A stretch of DNA of 64,000 nt from Candidatus Nitrosocosmicus sp. (lineage in GTDB: Archaea > Thermoproteota > Nitrososphaeria > Nitrososphaerales > Nitrososphaeraceae). A program made the translations under genes and the position numbers. The stretch is from positions 34,161 to 98,160 of the forward strand of contig JAPSGR010000002.1 of assembly GCA_031177355.1 (NCBI GenBank). The letters are read 5' to 3'. Each line of letters starts with the position of its first letter. The first letter of the stretch is position 1. The notes under the pieces were generated by a model that was not told the DNA's origin, made no database searches, and saw nothing but the letters and a program-made list of their open reading frames with translations. This document shows positions 18,380-27,308 of the stretch, in pieces.

Positions 18380-18901
18380 TCATTCCAAAACTGCAACGGT
18401 ATCATTTCTAGATATACTTTGACCTTCTTTCACCTTTAATTCTTTTATAATCCCATCCCTGTGCGATTTTATGGCTACCTGCATTTTCATCGACTCCAAA
18501 ACCACAATGTTATCTCCTTGTTTTACGCTGTCGCCTTTGTGGATTGCTATTGAGATTACTCTTCCTGGTATTTGACTTGAAATAGTATTTTGAGAGTTTG
18601 GACCTCCAGAAGATGCACTCGATTTTTCAATTATCTCAGACAATTTACTATGTTTTTTGAGCACCATCGGTAAATTATCCAAAATTATCTTTAATTCTGT
18701 GCTAGTTGCTTCACTAATTTTGGTTTCGTGATATGTATTATCTAACATAAATTCAAATTTATCTGTTCTGATATCAATAATTCCAATTAGGTGTTCCGAT
18801 CCATTTATTTCAATAATCATATTATTATTCTTGTCAAATCCTTTTATTTTTCCCTCGAATTCCTTATTGATATCATCGATCTTTATTTCCATGTTAATCA
18901 A
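18380..18901 (-). CDS. accB: Biotin carboxyl carrier protein of acetyl/propionyl-CoA carboxylase
   Basis: LESMKM biotinylation motif in a C-terminal lipoyl/biotinyl domain. Confidence 0.92.
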   Translation of the reverse strand: MINMEIKIDDINKEFEGKIKGFDKNNNMIIEINGSEHLIGIIDIRTDKFEFMLDNTYHETKISEATSTELKIILDNLPMVLKKHSKLSEIIEKSSASSGGPNSQNTISSQIPGRVISIAIHKGDSVKQGDNIVVLESMKMQVAIKSHRDGIIKELKVKEGQSISRNDTVAVLE

Positions 18902-20406
18902 TCAATCCTCCCAAATTTCCAGGAATCTTGTTTGGCTCTATCGGTAGTATTGTTTTTCTTAATGAATTCAGATTGAATAATAGATGAAGCTACTGCAGGT
19001 AAGAGCCTTTTTTGTAAATCAGAGTTTTGAATCTTCTGTTCATCCTTCATTTTTTGAATGATAGAATATCTATCAAGGTAATCTGTGGATAACTCACCGC
19101 TAATAAAGTATTGGTCATTCATAATTGTTTTGTAGAGCGGAATAGTTGTATTTATCCCCTCGATAATAAACTCATCAAGAGCATTCCTCATCCTGCGTCT
19201 AGATTCATCAAAGGTGGAGCCCCAAGATATCAACTTTGCCGTCAATGAGTCATAGAATCCAGAAACAGTACAGCCTGGATACAGGTAAGTATCTACACGG
19301 ATCCCTGGGCCATAGGGTAGATTACAATAAGGAACTCTGCCTACAGAAGGAGCAAAGTCATAGAAGGGATCTTCTGCATTTATACGACATTCAATTGCAC
19401 TACCATTTAATTTTAGATCATCCTGCTTAAATGGTATTTCTTCTCCATTAGCTATTGATATTTGCAGTTTCACTAGATCTAGACCTGTAACTAGCTCTGT
19501 TACAGGATGTTCTACTTGTAATCTTGAATTAATTTCTATAAAGTAAAAGTTACCTTCGGGATCACAAAGAAATTCAGCAGTTCCGGCATTAAGGTAATCG
19601 ACTGCATCAGCGGCTCTTTTCGCTATTTCACCGATCTCATTTCTTTTTTCAGGAGTCATTATAGGTGATGGAGACATTTCTATCAACTTTTGATGTCTTC
19701 TTTGTATCGAGCATTCTCTTTCAAATAAATGTCTTGTATTACCATGGGAATCTCTGATGAGCTGAAATTCGATATGTCTGATTTTCTCTAAAAATTTTTC
19801 TACAAATAGAGCTGCCTTACCAAACGCAGCCTTTGATTCAGCAGATGCCATCTCAAATTCCTGTCTTAATTCCTTCTCGTCTTTAGCCAACCTAATCCCT
19901 CGACCTCCACCACCAAATGCAGATTTAAGCAAAACAGGGTATTTAGCATCATTTGCAATTTGAACTGCCTTCTCTACATCCTCAATTACCCCTTCGCTAC
20001 CTGGTACAGTGGGCACTTCCGCTTCCTTCATTATGCGTTTGCATTTCATTTTATCGCCCGTTAGATCCATTGCCAAACTCTTGGGACCGATGAAGATTAT
20101 GTTATTCTTCTCACACATTTCTGCAAATGTTTCATTCTCAGACAAAAATCCATAGCCTGGATGTATAGCATCTACACCAGTTGCGATAGCAACCTCCATT
20201 ATCTTATTCATATTCAGATAGCTCTGAGACGGCGCTGCTGGACCTATATGGTATGCATAGTCTGCACGCTTGACATGAATAGAACGTGTATCCTCATCTG
20301 AATAGATAGAAATAGATTTAATGTCTAACTCTCTACAAGCCCGTATTATCCTGAGAGCGATTTCCCCTCTATTTGCGATCAGAATACTTGATATTCGTTT
20401 GGTCAT
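18898..20406 (-). CDS. accC: Biotin carboxylase subunit of acetyl/propionyl-CoA carboxylase (3HP/4HB cycle)
   Basis: ANRGEIA, HPGYGFLSEN, GGGGRG, ERECSIQRRHQK, RLQVEHPVTE and ECRINAED motifs. Confidence 0.97.
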   Translation of the reverse strand: MTKRISSILIANRGEIALRIIRACRELDIKSISIYSDEDTRSIHVKRADYAYHIGPAAPSQSYLNMNKIMEVAIATGVDAIHPGYGFLSENETFAEMCEKNNIIFIGPKSLAMDLTGDKMKCKRIMKEAEVPTVPGSEGVIEDVEKAVQIANDAKYPVLLKSAFGGGGRGIRLAKDEKELRQEFEMASAESKAAFGKAALFVEKFLEKIRHIEFQLIRDSHGNTRHLFERECSIQRRHQKLIEMSPSPIMTPEKRNEIGEIAKRAADAVDYLNAGTAEFLCDPEGNFYFIEINSRLQVEHPVTELVTGLDLVKLQISIANGEEIPFKQDDLKLNGSAIECRINAEDPFYDFAPSVGRVPYCNLPYGPGIRVDTYLYPGCTVSGFYDSLTAKLISWGSTFDESRRRMRNALDEFIIEGINTTIPLYKTIMNDQYFISGELSTDYLDRYSIIQKMKDEQKIQNSDLQKRLLPAVASSIIQSEFIKKNNTTDRAKQDSWKFGRID

Positions 20407-20417
20407 TACTAAACCCT

Positions 20418-21962
20418 TTAAAGATTAATATTTCCATGTTTTTTCCATGGCCTGCTTTCTCTTTTATTTGAGAGAGCATTTAGTGCGCTAATTATCGTAC
20501 TTCGAGATTCCATTGGATCTATTACCGAATCAATTGTTCCCCTTTCAGCAGCAATGTATGGATTCGCAAACTTGTTTCTATATTCTTTAGCTAAATTTTT
20601 CTTTTTTGCCGCAGCATCAGCAGAATCTTTAAGGCTCTTGCGATGAATAATTGTTATGGCTGCCTCTGGACCGAGTACAGCAATTTCAGCAGTGGGCCAA
20701 GCAATGTTCAAATCGGTCCCTAAATTTTTGCTTCCCATGGCGATATATGCTCCTCCATATGCTTTGCCAATAATGCACGTAATCTTTGGTACGGTTGCCT
20801 CACAATAAGCAAAAAGAAGTTTACTCCCATGTCTAATAATACCATTATGCTCTTGATCAGTTCCTGGTAAATAACCTGGAGTGTCAACTAATGTAATAAT
20901 TGGGATATTAAAAGCGTCGCAAACTCTTACAAATCTTGCAGCCTTGTTTGAAGAGTGTATATCCAAAGCGCCTGCTAAGAATAGGGGCTGATTTGCAATA
21001 ATGCCTACAGATCTACCACCCATTCTCGCAAAGCCTACTACTATATTTTCAGCAAATAGTTCATGTACTTCAAAGAAATTCCCGTTATCGACCAAGGATT
21101 TTATGATTTCCTTCATATCATAAGATTGGTATGGATTCTCAGGTAGTATATTGATCAAATTTGGATCGAGTCGACTCGCATCGTCAGTGTTCTCCATTAT
21201 TATTTTAGGTTCTTCTCTATTATTTTGTGGTAGAAAAGAAATCAAAGTCTTTATCTTATCCATACAATCGACTTCATCTTTTGCTATGAAATGAGCTACT
21301 CCTGATTTTGTAGCATGAGTCCTTGCTCCACCTAATTCTTCAAATGTCACCTCTTGACTGAGCACCTCTTTTACAACCTCTGGTCCTGTTACGAACATTT
21401 GTCCAATGTTTTCAACCATGATCACAAAATCCGTCATGGACGGCGAATAGACTGCACCTCCAGCACAGGGCCCAATACTTGCGGTTATCTGCGGAATTAC
21501 TCCCGAAGCAAGCGTATTCTTTAAGAATATGTCTCCATATCCGTCCAAGCTTGACACTCCTTCCTGAATCCTTGCCCCACCAGAATCAAGAATACCAATA
21601 ATTGGACAGCCTACTTTGAGCGCTTGGGACATTACTTTAGAAACCTTTTTGCCAGCCATTTCTCCTAAAGAACCCCCTAAAACTGTAAAATCATAAACAT
21701 AGATGAATACTTGTCTGCCGTTAATTGTTCCAAATCCCGTAACCAAACCATCACCATAGAATTTCTTTAATTCTGGATCATCGCTTCTATGAGTTACAAA
21801 TTTATCAATTTCTGTAAACGTATTTGGATCCAATAAAAGATTTATTCTCTCTCTTGCAGTCAGTTTACCCTTCGAATGCTGGGATTCAACTTTATCTTGA
21901 CCACCACCGGCTTCAGCGCTATGCTTTCGGTTATAGTATTGTTTTAGTTTCTCCTCATGCAT
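20418..21962 (-). CDS. pccB: Carboxyltransferase subunit of acetyl/propionyl-CoA carboxylase
   Basis: GKLTARERI, DSGGARIQEG, GPCAGGAVY, DTPGYLPG, KAYGGAY and KKHGNINL motifs. Confidence 0.96.
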   Translation of the reverse strand: MHEEKLKQYYNRKHSAEAGGGQDKVESQHSKGKLTARERINLLLDPNTFTEIDKFVTHRSDDPELKKFYGDGLVTGFGTINGRQVFIYVYDFTVLGGSLGEMAGKKVSKVMSQALKVGCPIIGILDSGGARIQEGVSSLDGYGDIFLKNTLASGVIPQITASIGPCAGGAVYSPSMTDFVIMVENIGQMFVTGPEVVKEVLSQEVTFEELGGARTHATKSGVAHFIAKDEVDCMDKIKTLISFLPQNNREEPKIIMENTDDASRLDPNLINILPENPYQSYDMKEIIKSLVDNGNFFEVHELFAENIVVGFARMGGRSVGIIANQPLFLAGALDIHSSNKAARFVRVCDAFNIPIITLVDTPGYLPGTDQEHNGIIRHGSKLLFAYCEATVPKITCIIGKAYGGAYIAMGSKNLGTDLNIAWPTAEIAVLGPEAAITIIHRKSLKDSADAAAKKKNLAKEYRNKFANPYIAAERGTIDSVIDPMESRSTIISALNALSNKRESRPWKKHGNINL

Positions 21963-22070
21963 ATATTATGATTTTAATCCTTGGCATTATTTAATATAGA
22001 CTTTGCTATAGATATGGATATAAAATTAATAAAGAGATGGAAATACATTTCAACATGGCTATTTGGTTGA

Positions 22071-22304
22071 CTACTCGACTACCTTTTCTTTTATTTCCCG
22101 CAATCCATTCCTTCCACCTTTAGCGCGCCTAAAATAATTGAGTCCTAAATTATAATTATCATATAATGATTCTAAGGTTTCTATCTCCATCTTTAAAAAT
22201 TCCTTCTCATATGTGGAAGATTTATTTGTATTCTGCAAATCATTTAATTTTTTAATCTTTTCTGTGAGGAGTTTACTAACATTATATTCATATTCGGAAG
22301 ACAA
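22071..22304 (-). CDS. Small hypothetical protein
   Basis: 77-aa helical-looking ORF, co-oriented with its neighbours. Confidence 0.55.
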   Translation of the reverse strand: MSSEYEYNVSKLLTEKIKKLNDLQNTNKSSTYEKEFLKMEIETLESLYDNYNLGLNYFRRAKGGRNGLREIKEKVVE

Positions 22305-22354
22305 CTTGCTTACTGAGAATATATGAATATATTTATTTTAACGTTTTTGAATAA

Positions 22355-22804
22355 TTATTTCTTAATTTTTCGTTGGAACGCGTCCTTGTATTCTCTCAAA
22401 ACGCGGCTGTTAAATCCATTCATACATATGCTACAATACATAGTTTCTACCTTATCAGTTTTTTCCTCAACATTAATTAGATTAATAATCAAAGGATCTT
22501 GAGTATCGACCAAGGTATTACAAATAAAGCATTGTCCGGTTTTAACATCTGTTCTAAATTTATTGCCATTGTTATACTTATCAGTCATTCGAAGGTTACC
22601 ACACTTTTCTTGTCCGTGGGATTCAATCTCATAATTATTTGAATTTTGTAAACTATAACAAGCCTCATGAATAATTGCTTTTGAAGATTTCGACCAATAT
22701 CCGAAATCCCCTGTTTTTATCTTTCTTTTACAGGTCAAACATAGCCCTGAAAATTTTATTTTAATTTTTATCCAGTCTGTAAAAGAAGAGATATCATTGG
22801 TCAT
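22355..22804 (-). CDS. Hypothetical protein with two putative zinc-binding modules
   Basis: KF.G.CLTC..KIK.G...W......HEAC at the N-terminus; CFIC...YCSIC at the C-terminus. Confidence 0.65.
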   Translation of the reverse strand: MTNDISSFTDWIKIKIKFSGLCLTCKRKIKTGDFGYWSKSSKAIIHEACYSLQNSNNYEIESHGQEKCGNLRMTDKYNNGNKFRTDVKTGQCFICNTLVDTQDPLIINLINVEEKTDKVETMYCSICMNGFNSRVLREYKDAFQRKIKK

Positions 22805-22861
22805 TCTTAATAAATTGTACGTCTTCGAACTAAAATATCTTCTTTTATAAAGTTTAGATAT

Positions 22862-24085
22862 TTATCTTAATTTTTCCTTCTCAATAATTTCATTTAATTT
22901 TGTATTATCAGAATTGTCAAAATCAATAGTCGATATATCAGAATTTTTTAGAATCTGTATAAAGTAGGTGTAATAAAAGAGCCCAACACTACTTGTTCCA
23001 GTGTGAACCTTGGTAGACAATTCCATTCTAATCGGTTTAAGTGTCTGACCCCGCATAAATATTGAGCCGATCAATGGGAATGGAAGTGAATATTGATTAT
23101 ATTTCATAGAGGGAATTCTGCTTAGGTCAAACAGTTTCCAAATCAGAAGATCATTTGCATATTTTAATAATCTCCAATGTCGTTTCTCGTAGATTTTGTT
23201 TACAAATAAATCTAATTCAGATAACTGATGCAACAAGGTTGCCATATCCTCTATGGTAACATTCCTATGATTACTCACAATAGTTGTGTACAATGCATTT
23301 AAAAAATCCTTACTACGCTCCTCTTGACTATACCCAAATTTAGGAGTGGAATAACGTATTGATGAAAGAAGTAATATTTTTTTAGCCTCTGATTTATCAG
23401 TAGTTGAAAAAAATCTATTAACACATTCTTCAATTGGTATCTCTGATCCGCCCTTGGTATCACTAAGAATATCACCTTCTACAAGGGTTTGCAACGCATT
23501 TAAAACACTCCGTGCATCGCCCCTACTTTGCTTAATTATATCAAGTTTCTCTTTTTCATCAAGACTTTGTTTCTCCTTATCTAGAACATGTTGAATTAGA
23601 AGATAACTTGCAAAAGAGGATAGTTGGTGGAATGTTATAACCTTACTATTCTTGATTATGTCTTTAATCTTTTGGTTTTTTGAATTTGATGCCATTATGA
23701 CAGGGATTTCAGCATTTTTCAGGATTGATACTAAAAAAGCTGATCCTCCGTAATCATCTCTACCTGAAATTCCGTCAATCTCATCCAAGAAAAGCAAAAT
23801 TTTCTTGCCTGATAGACTAGAATTAAATAAGAGAGGATTAATAATGGTTTCTAAATTTATCTTGTTTCTAAGGTCACTGGCATTTAGCTCTATCAAATCA
23901 TAGTCAAAGTATGTGGATAAAGATTTTACAAAGGATGTTTTTCCTGTTCCAGGTGGACCTACCAATAAGAGTGGCTTGGTACCTTTCACCCACTTAGCAA
24001 GCCACTCTATTATATTAAGCCTTTCTTGCTCATTCCCAAAAAAACTATCTATGCTATCCACTCTATATTTCTCGGTCCACATCAT
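22862..24085 (-). CDS. rfcL: Replication factor C large subunit
   Basis: MWTEKYR, GPPGTGKT Walker A, ELNASD, LDEIDG Walker B and GDAR sensor motif. Confidence 0.9.
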   Translation of the reverse strand: MMWTEKYRVDSIDSFFGNEQERLNIIEWLAKWVKGTKPLLLVGPPGTGKTSFVKSLSTYFDYDLIELNASDLRNKINLETIINPLLFNSSLSGKKILLFLDEIDGISGRDDYGGSAFLVSILKNAEIPVIMASNSKNQKIKDIIKNSKVITFHQLSSFASYLLIQHVLDKEKQSLDEKEKLDIIKQSRGDARSVLNALQTLVEGDILSDTKGGSEIPIEECVNRFFSTTDKSEAKKILLLSSIRYSTPKFGYSQEERSKDFLNALYTTIVSNHRNVTIEDMATLLHQLSELDLFVNKIYEKRHWRLLKYANDLLIWKLFDLSRIPSMKYNQYSLPFPLIGSIFMRGQTLKPIRMELSTKVHTGTSSVGLFYYTYFIQILKNSDISTIDFDNSDNTKLNEIIEKEKLR

Positions 24086-24111
24086 AAGTACATTCCACCC
24101 CTTCCAAAAAC

Positions 24112-25242
24112 CTAGGTCCTAATCTTAAGATCTCGTTGGAACTTTTCTAAAAGATCAGTTCGTTTTTTAACCAATTCGCTATACCAGAATTCATTATAAT
24201 GACTGACAGTCAAAAACAAAAATTCAAGGTACGGTTTTATTTTAAAATCATCATCTAGCATCTCCAGTGCCAAATATGCTTCTGACAAATAAGATTTACT
24301 TTTCTCCAAAGTCAGTTTGAATCCAGACCTTACATCTTGAGTAAGTGAAGAATAGAAAAGAGGCCATGAAGGAGATTTAATTCCACCAGTTCCGATAGCG
24401 TCTTGAATTTCATTACCGCAGCCTACGCATTCTGCTGCTTTAGCCATTCCAATATAATAAATTTCTGATAAAGGTTTTTGATTAAGACACATATTTTTTC
24501 CGGCCGTACCAAGAATAGAACGATATTTTTTGTAACTGCGTTCTAAATTGTCAAACGTTAAGGCGATGGAATTAGTTTTTAAGTCGTAATCAATTTTCTG
24601 TCCCAATAAAGCATCCGTAAATCCTGCCTCAAACTCATTCATTACATCCGGGCCAGCTTGTTTAATTTTATTCCTTGCCAATGACAGAATGTAAGGGTTT
24701 AGAAATTTATAATCTTCAAGGTAATCGAGATCCTCATCCATATCTACAATCCTATCCATTGGTTCACTAAGATCAATTGCTATCAAATGTCCATCTATTA
24801 CATTGTCACGCAGTGTGTTATCTTTGAAATTCTTAGTTTCAGTATAACCATCAAAAAGAGCATAAAATACAGGATATGTCATCTTTATGAAATTTGAGTT
24901 AAGTATCCTATTAATTCTATCATTCAGAACGTTACTATCAGCCATTCTGGTCATAATAATTTCAATTTGGCTTTGTTGCAGCTCAAGTTCATCAGTGCCA
25001 CCTATTTCATCTATAAAAGACTTGTGGGTCTCAATGGGAGAAGAATCAGAATTTATCAAACTATAAATTCCATCTTTGTAACGTTTTACAAATCCGTCAT
25101 ATTGCTTTGTGGATTCTGTTAAATAATGTTTAAATAAAATATATTTTTTGTCCTTTAGTAAACCACTCCTGAGTATCTTCCTACCAGAAGGGGTTCTCAA
25201 CAAATTTATCTTATTAAAAATATGATCGTCTTTACTGCTCAT
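24112..25242 (-). CDS. Conserved hypothetical protein with possible divergent isoprenoid-synthase fold
   Basis: Long ORF in the rps7-rfcL run. Motif order DRIVD...GQKID...YKKYRS.L...GNEIQD...IKSPSWPL (see findings). Confidence 0.7.
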   Translation of the reverse strand: MSSKDDHIFNKINLLRTPSGRKILRSGLLKDKKYILFKHYLTESTKQYDGFVKRYKDGIYSLINSDSSPIETHKSFIDEIGGTDELELQQSQIEIIMTRMADSNVLNDRINRILNSNFIKMTYPVFYALFDGYTETKNFKDNTLRDNVIDGHLIAIDLSEPMDRIVDMDEDLDYLEDYKFLNPYILSLARNKIKQAGPDVMNEFEAGFTDALLGQKIDYDLKTNSIALTFDNLERSYKKYRSILGTAGKNMCLNQKPLSEIYYIGMAKAAECVGCGNEIQDAIGTGGIKSPSWPLFYSSLTQDVRSGFKLTLEKSKSYLSEAYLALEMLDDDFKIKPYLEFLFLTVSHYNEFWYSELVKKRTDLLEKFQRDLKIRT

Positions 25243-25280
25243 TCAATGTCCCTAAAGCATTTGGCAGAGTAAAATTAGTA

Positions 25281-25889
25281 TTACCTAGACGACATTGCTA
25301 TTCTTTCTTGTTCATTCTTCTTTTTGATTGCATAACTATTCATATCGTTATCGGATGCCAATATGATTTCCTTTGCCAATACTTCTTCCATAGTTTGGGG
25401 AGAAGAATAAGTTGATTCGCGCACACCTTCCGCTATAAACCTCAATGCTAAATCAACGCGCCTCAGGGGAGAGACGTCAACTGAGACATGATACACTACC
25501 CCTCCATATACTATACGAGTAGTATCTTCGTTTGGAGAAGAATTCTCTATGGCTCTTATAAGTAATTCAACAGGGTTCCTCCCAGTTTCTAATGAGATTA
25601 TTTCAAGAGAAGTTTTTACTACATTCATGACTCTTGCTTTCTTACCACCCATTCTACCAGTGTTTTTTGCATATCTTTTTCCAAAATGCATTAACTTGTT
25701 AGCTAATCGCTCAATTATATTGACTTCTGCTTTCTTTAAACGCTGATGCTCATGGCGTCCAAATGTAACTGGTATAGTCATTGATGGATGTAAATGTATT
25801 ACATTTTTTAATCCTTCATCTTCAATCTCGATATTGGTTGTATCCCATTTGTTGAAGAGAAGCATATTCGTTTGTTCTTTGCCGCTCAT
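25281..25889 (-). CDS. rps7: 30S ribosomal protein uS7
   Basis: LFNKWD, ERLANKLM, NPVELL.RAIENSSP.ED, YHVSVDVSP.RR and ERIAMSSR motifs. Confidence 0.97.
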   Translation of the reverse strand: MSGKEQTNMLLFNKWDTTNIEIEDEGLKNVIHLHPSMTIPVTFGRHEHQRLKKAEVNIIERLANKLMHFGKRYAKNTGRMGGKKARVMNVVKTSLEIISLETGRNPVELLIRAIENSSPNEDTTRIVYGGVVYHVSVDVSPLRRVDLALRFIAEGVRESTYSSPQTMEEVLAKEIILASDNDMNSYAIKKKNEQERIAMSSR

Positions 25890-25891
25890 AA

Positions 25892-26332
25892 TTATCTCCT
25901 CGGTTTCTCCTTCTTTCCTCTTACTAATTGATTAAGCGAAACACCATTTACCTTAAATACCTGCCATCTGACACCTGGAATATCACCCATTGCTCCTCCC
26001 ATTGATCCTCCAATTCCTTCTAAAATTACTTCATCATGCTCGTCTACGAAGTTCAAAGCACCATCTCGTGGTAAGAAAGCAGTAATAGATTTTCCATTTT
26101 TAATTAATTGTACTCTGACACATTTACGAACAGCAGAATTAGGCTGTTTGGATTCTATTCCCACCTTTTCCAAAACAATTCCTCTAGCTTGTGGAGCACC
26201 TTCCAAAGGATTTGCTTTTTTATCAAGCATCAGCATTCTTCTCTTATAATACTTGTTTGACCACCGGGCTCGTTTCCTTTTTGTCTTTAACACTCTACCC
26301 GAAAATAATCCTAAAGGTGATTTACTCAACAC
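25892..26332 (-). CDS. rps12: 30S ribosomal protein uS12
   Basis: [20 protein letters not shown] and GDIPGVRW motifs. Confidence 0.98.
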   Translation of the reverse strand: MLSKSPLGLFSGRVLKTKRKRARWSNKYYKRRMLMLDKKANPLEGAPQARGIVLEKVGIESKQPNSAVRKCVRVQLIKNGKSITAFLPRDGALNFVDEHDEVILEGIGGSMGGAMGDIPGVRWQVFKVNGVSLNQLVRGKKEKPRR

Positions 26333-26335
26333 ATA

Positions 26336-26827
26336 TCACATCTTTTCACTTTTAATTAATTGTTCCGGACTTATTACCAATACATTTGTAATGTTGAAAT
26401 ATCTTCTTGCCAAAATTCTTGCTTTATCTACATTCCTGCCATCCTTTCCTACAACAAGCCCCTTTTTTTTAGCATCAACTACAACCAAAGCTTGTTTTGT
26501 ACCATCTGGTCTATCACTTAATTTTATTTCATGAATCATATTTGAATTAAAAATATTTCTTACAAAATCAAGTGGATGGTCAGAATGCTCTACCAATTCT
26601 ATCTTTTTATTAATTACATTCTGTAATTGCTTTATATTTGACCCACCTTTACCTATGGCCATACCCATTTGACCCTTATTTACAACAAAAATTACTCTCT
26701 CCATTTTTTCATCCATTATACAGTCTCTAGCATCAGCAGTGGTAACATTTTGAAATAATGATAATAACCTAAATTCATCTGGAGACAACTTTATTTTTTC
26801 GCTCACTTTGAACTCATCCCATGACAA
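26336..26827 (-). CDS. nusA: Archaeal NusA-like transcription factor (KH domains); true start probably GTG at 26806
   Basis: GMAIGKGGSNI and GLVVGKDGRN KH GxxG loops; canonical rpl30e-nusA-rps12 synteny. Confidence 0.92.
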   Translation of the reverse strand: MSWDEFKVSEKIKLSPDEFRLLSLFQNVTTADARDCIMDEKMERVIFVVNKGQMGMAIGKGGSNIKQLQNVINKKIELVEHSDHPLDFVRNIFNSNMIHEIKLSDRPDGTKQALVVVDAKKKGLVVGKDGRNVDKARILARRYFNITNVLVISPEQLIKSEKM

Positions 26828-26987
26828 ATCAATATTTTTTCCAACTATAAATAACTCTCTCCCACATATCCAATTTAAGTTTATTTTTAATTGTGAAACT
26901 CAACTGAAAGTTCTCATGTTAAAATATGGACTCGACCGAATACCTTGAAATGTAAAAAAAATGGGAGGACGTTAAGATCTATGATTC

Positions 26988-27308
26988 TTAATTCTTTAAT
27001 TCAGAGATTTCTTCGTCCGACACATTTTTTAAAGAAACTACACTTGTACCGTATGAAACGCTGCATAACCTTCCTAACAGAACAGAGTTTCCAGAATAAT
27101 GGATGACCTCAATTCCCCCTTCTGCAGCTATTTCCTTTAATTTGGTCTCAGATTCTAAAGGCAAAGAATTGGATACAACGATTAATTTGGTTCCCTTTAT
27201 ATACTGCATTACTTCCTTAAATCCAGTTTTTAATTTATGATTGGCTGCAGCTTCCTTCAACAGTTTGGTCAGTTTTTTTTCATTCATTCTGATTTTACTC
27301 CTTGACAC
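26988..27308 (-). CDS. rpl30e: 50S ribosomal protein eL30
   Basis: GFKEV, KLIVVSN and YSGNSVLLGRLC motifs; synteny after rpoA. Confidence 0.88.
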   Translation of the reverse strand: MSRSKIRMNEKKLTKLLKEAAANHKLKTGFKEVMQYIKGTKLIVVSNSLPLESETKLKEIAAEGGIEVIHYSGNSVLLGRLCSVSYGTSVVSLKNVSDEEISELKN

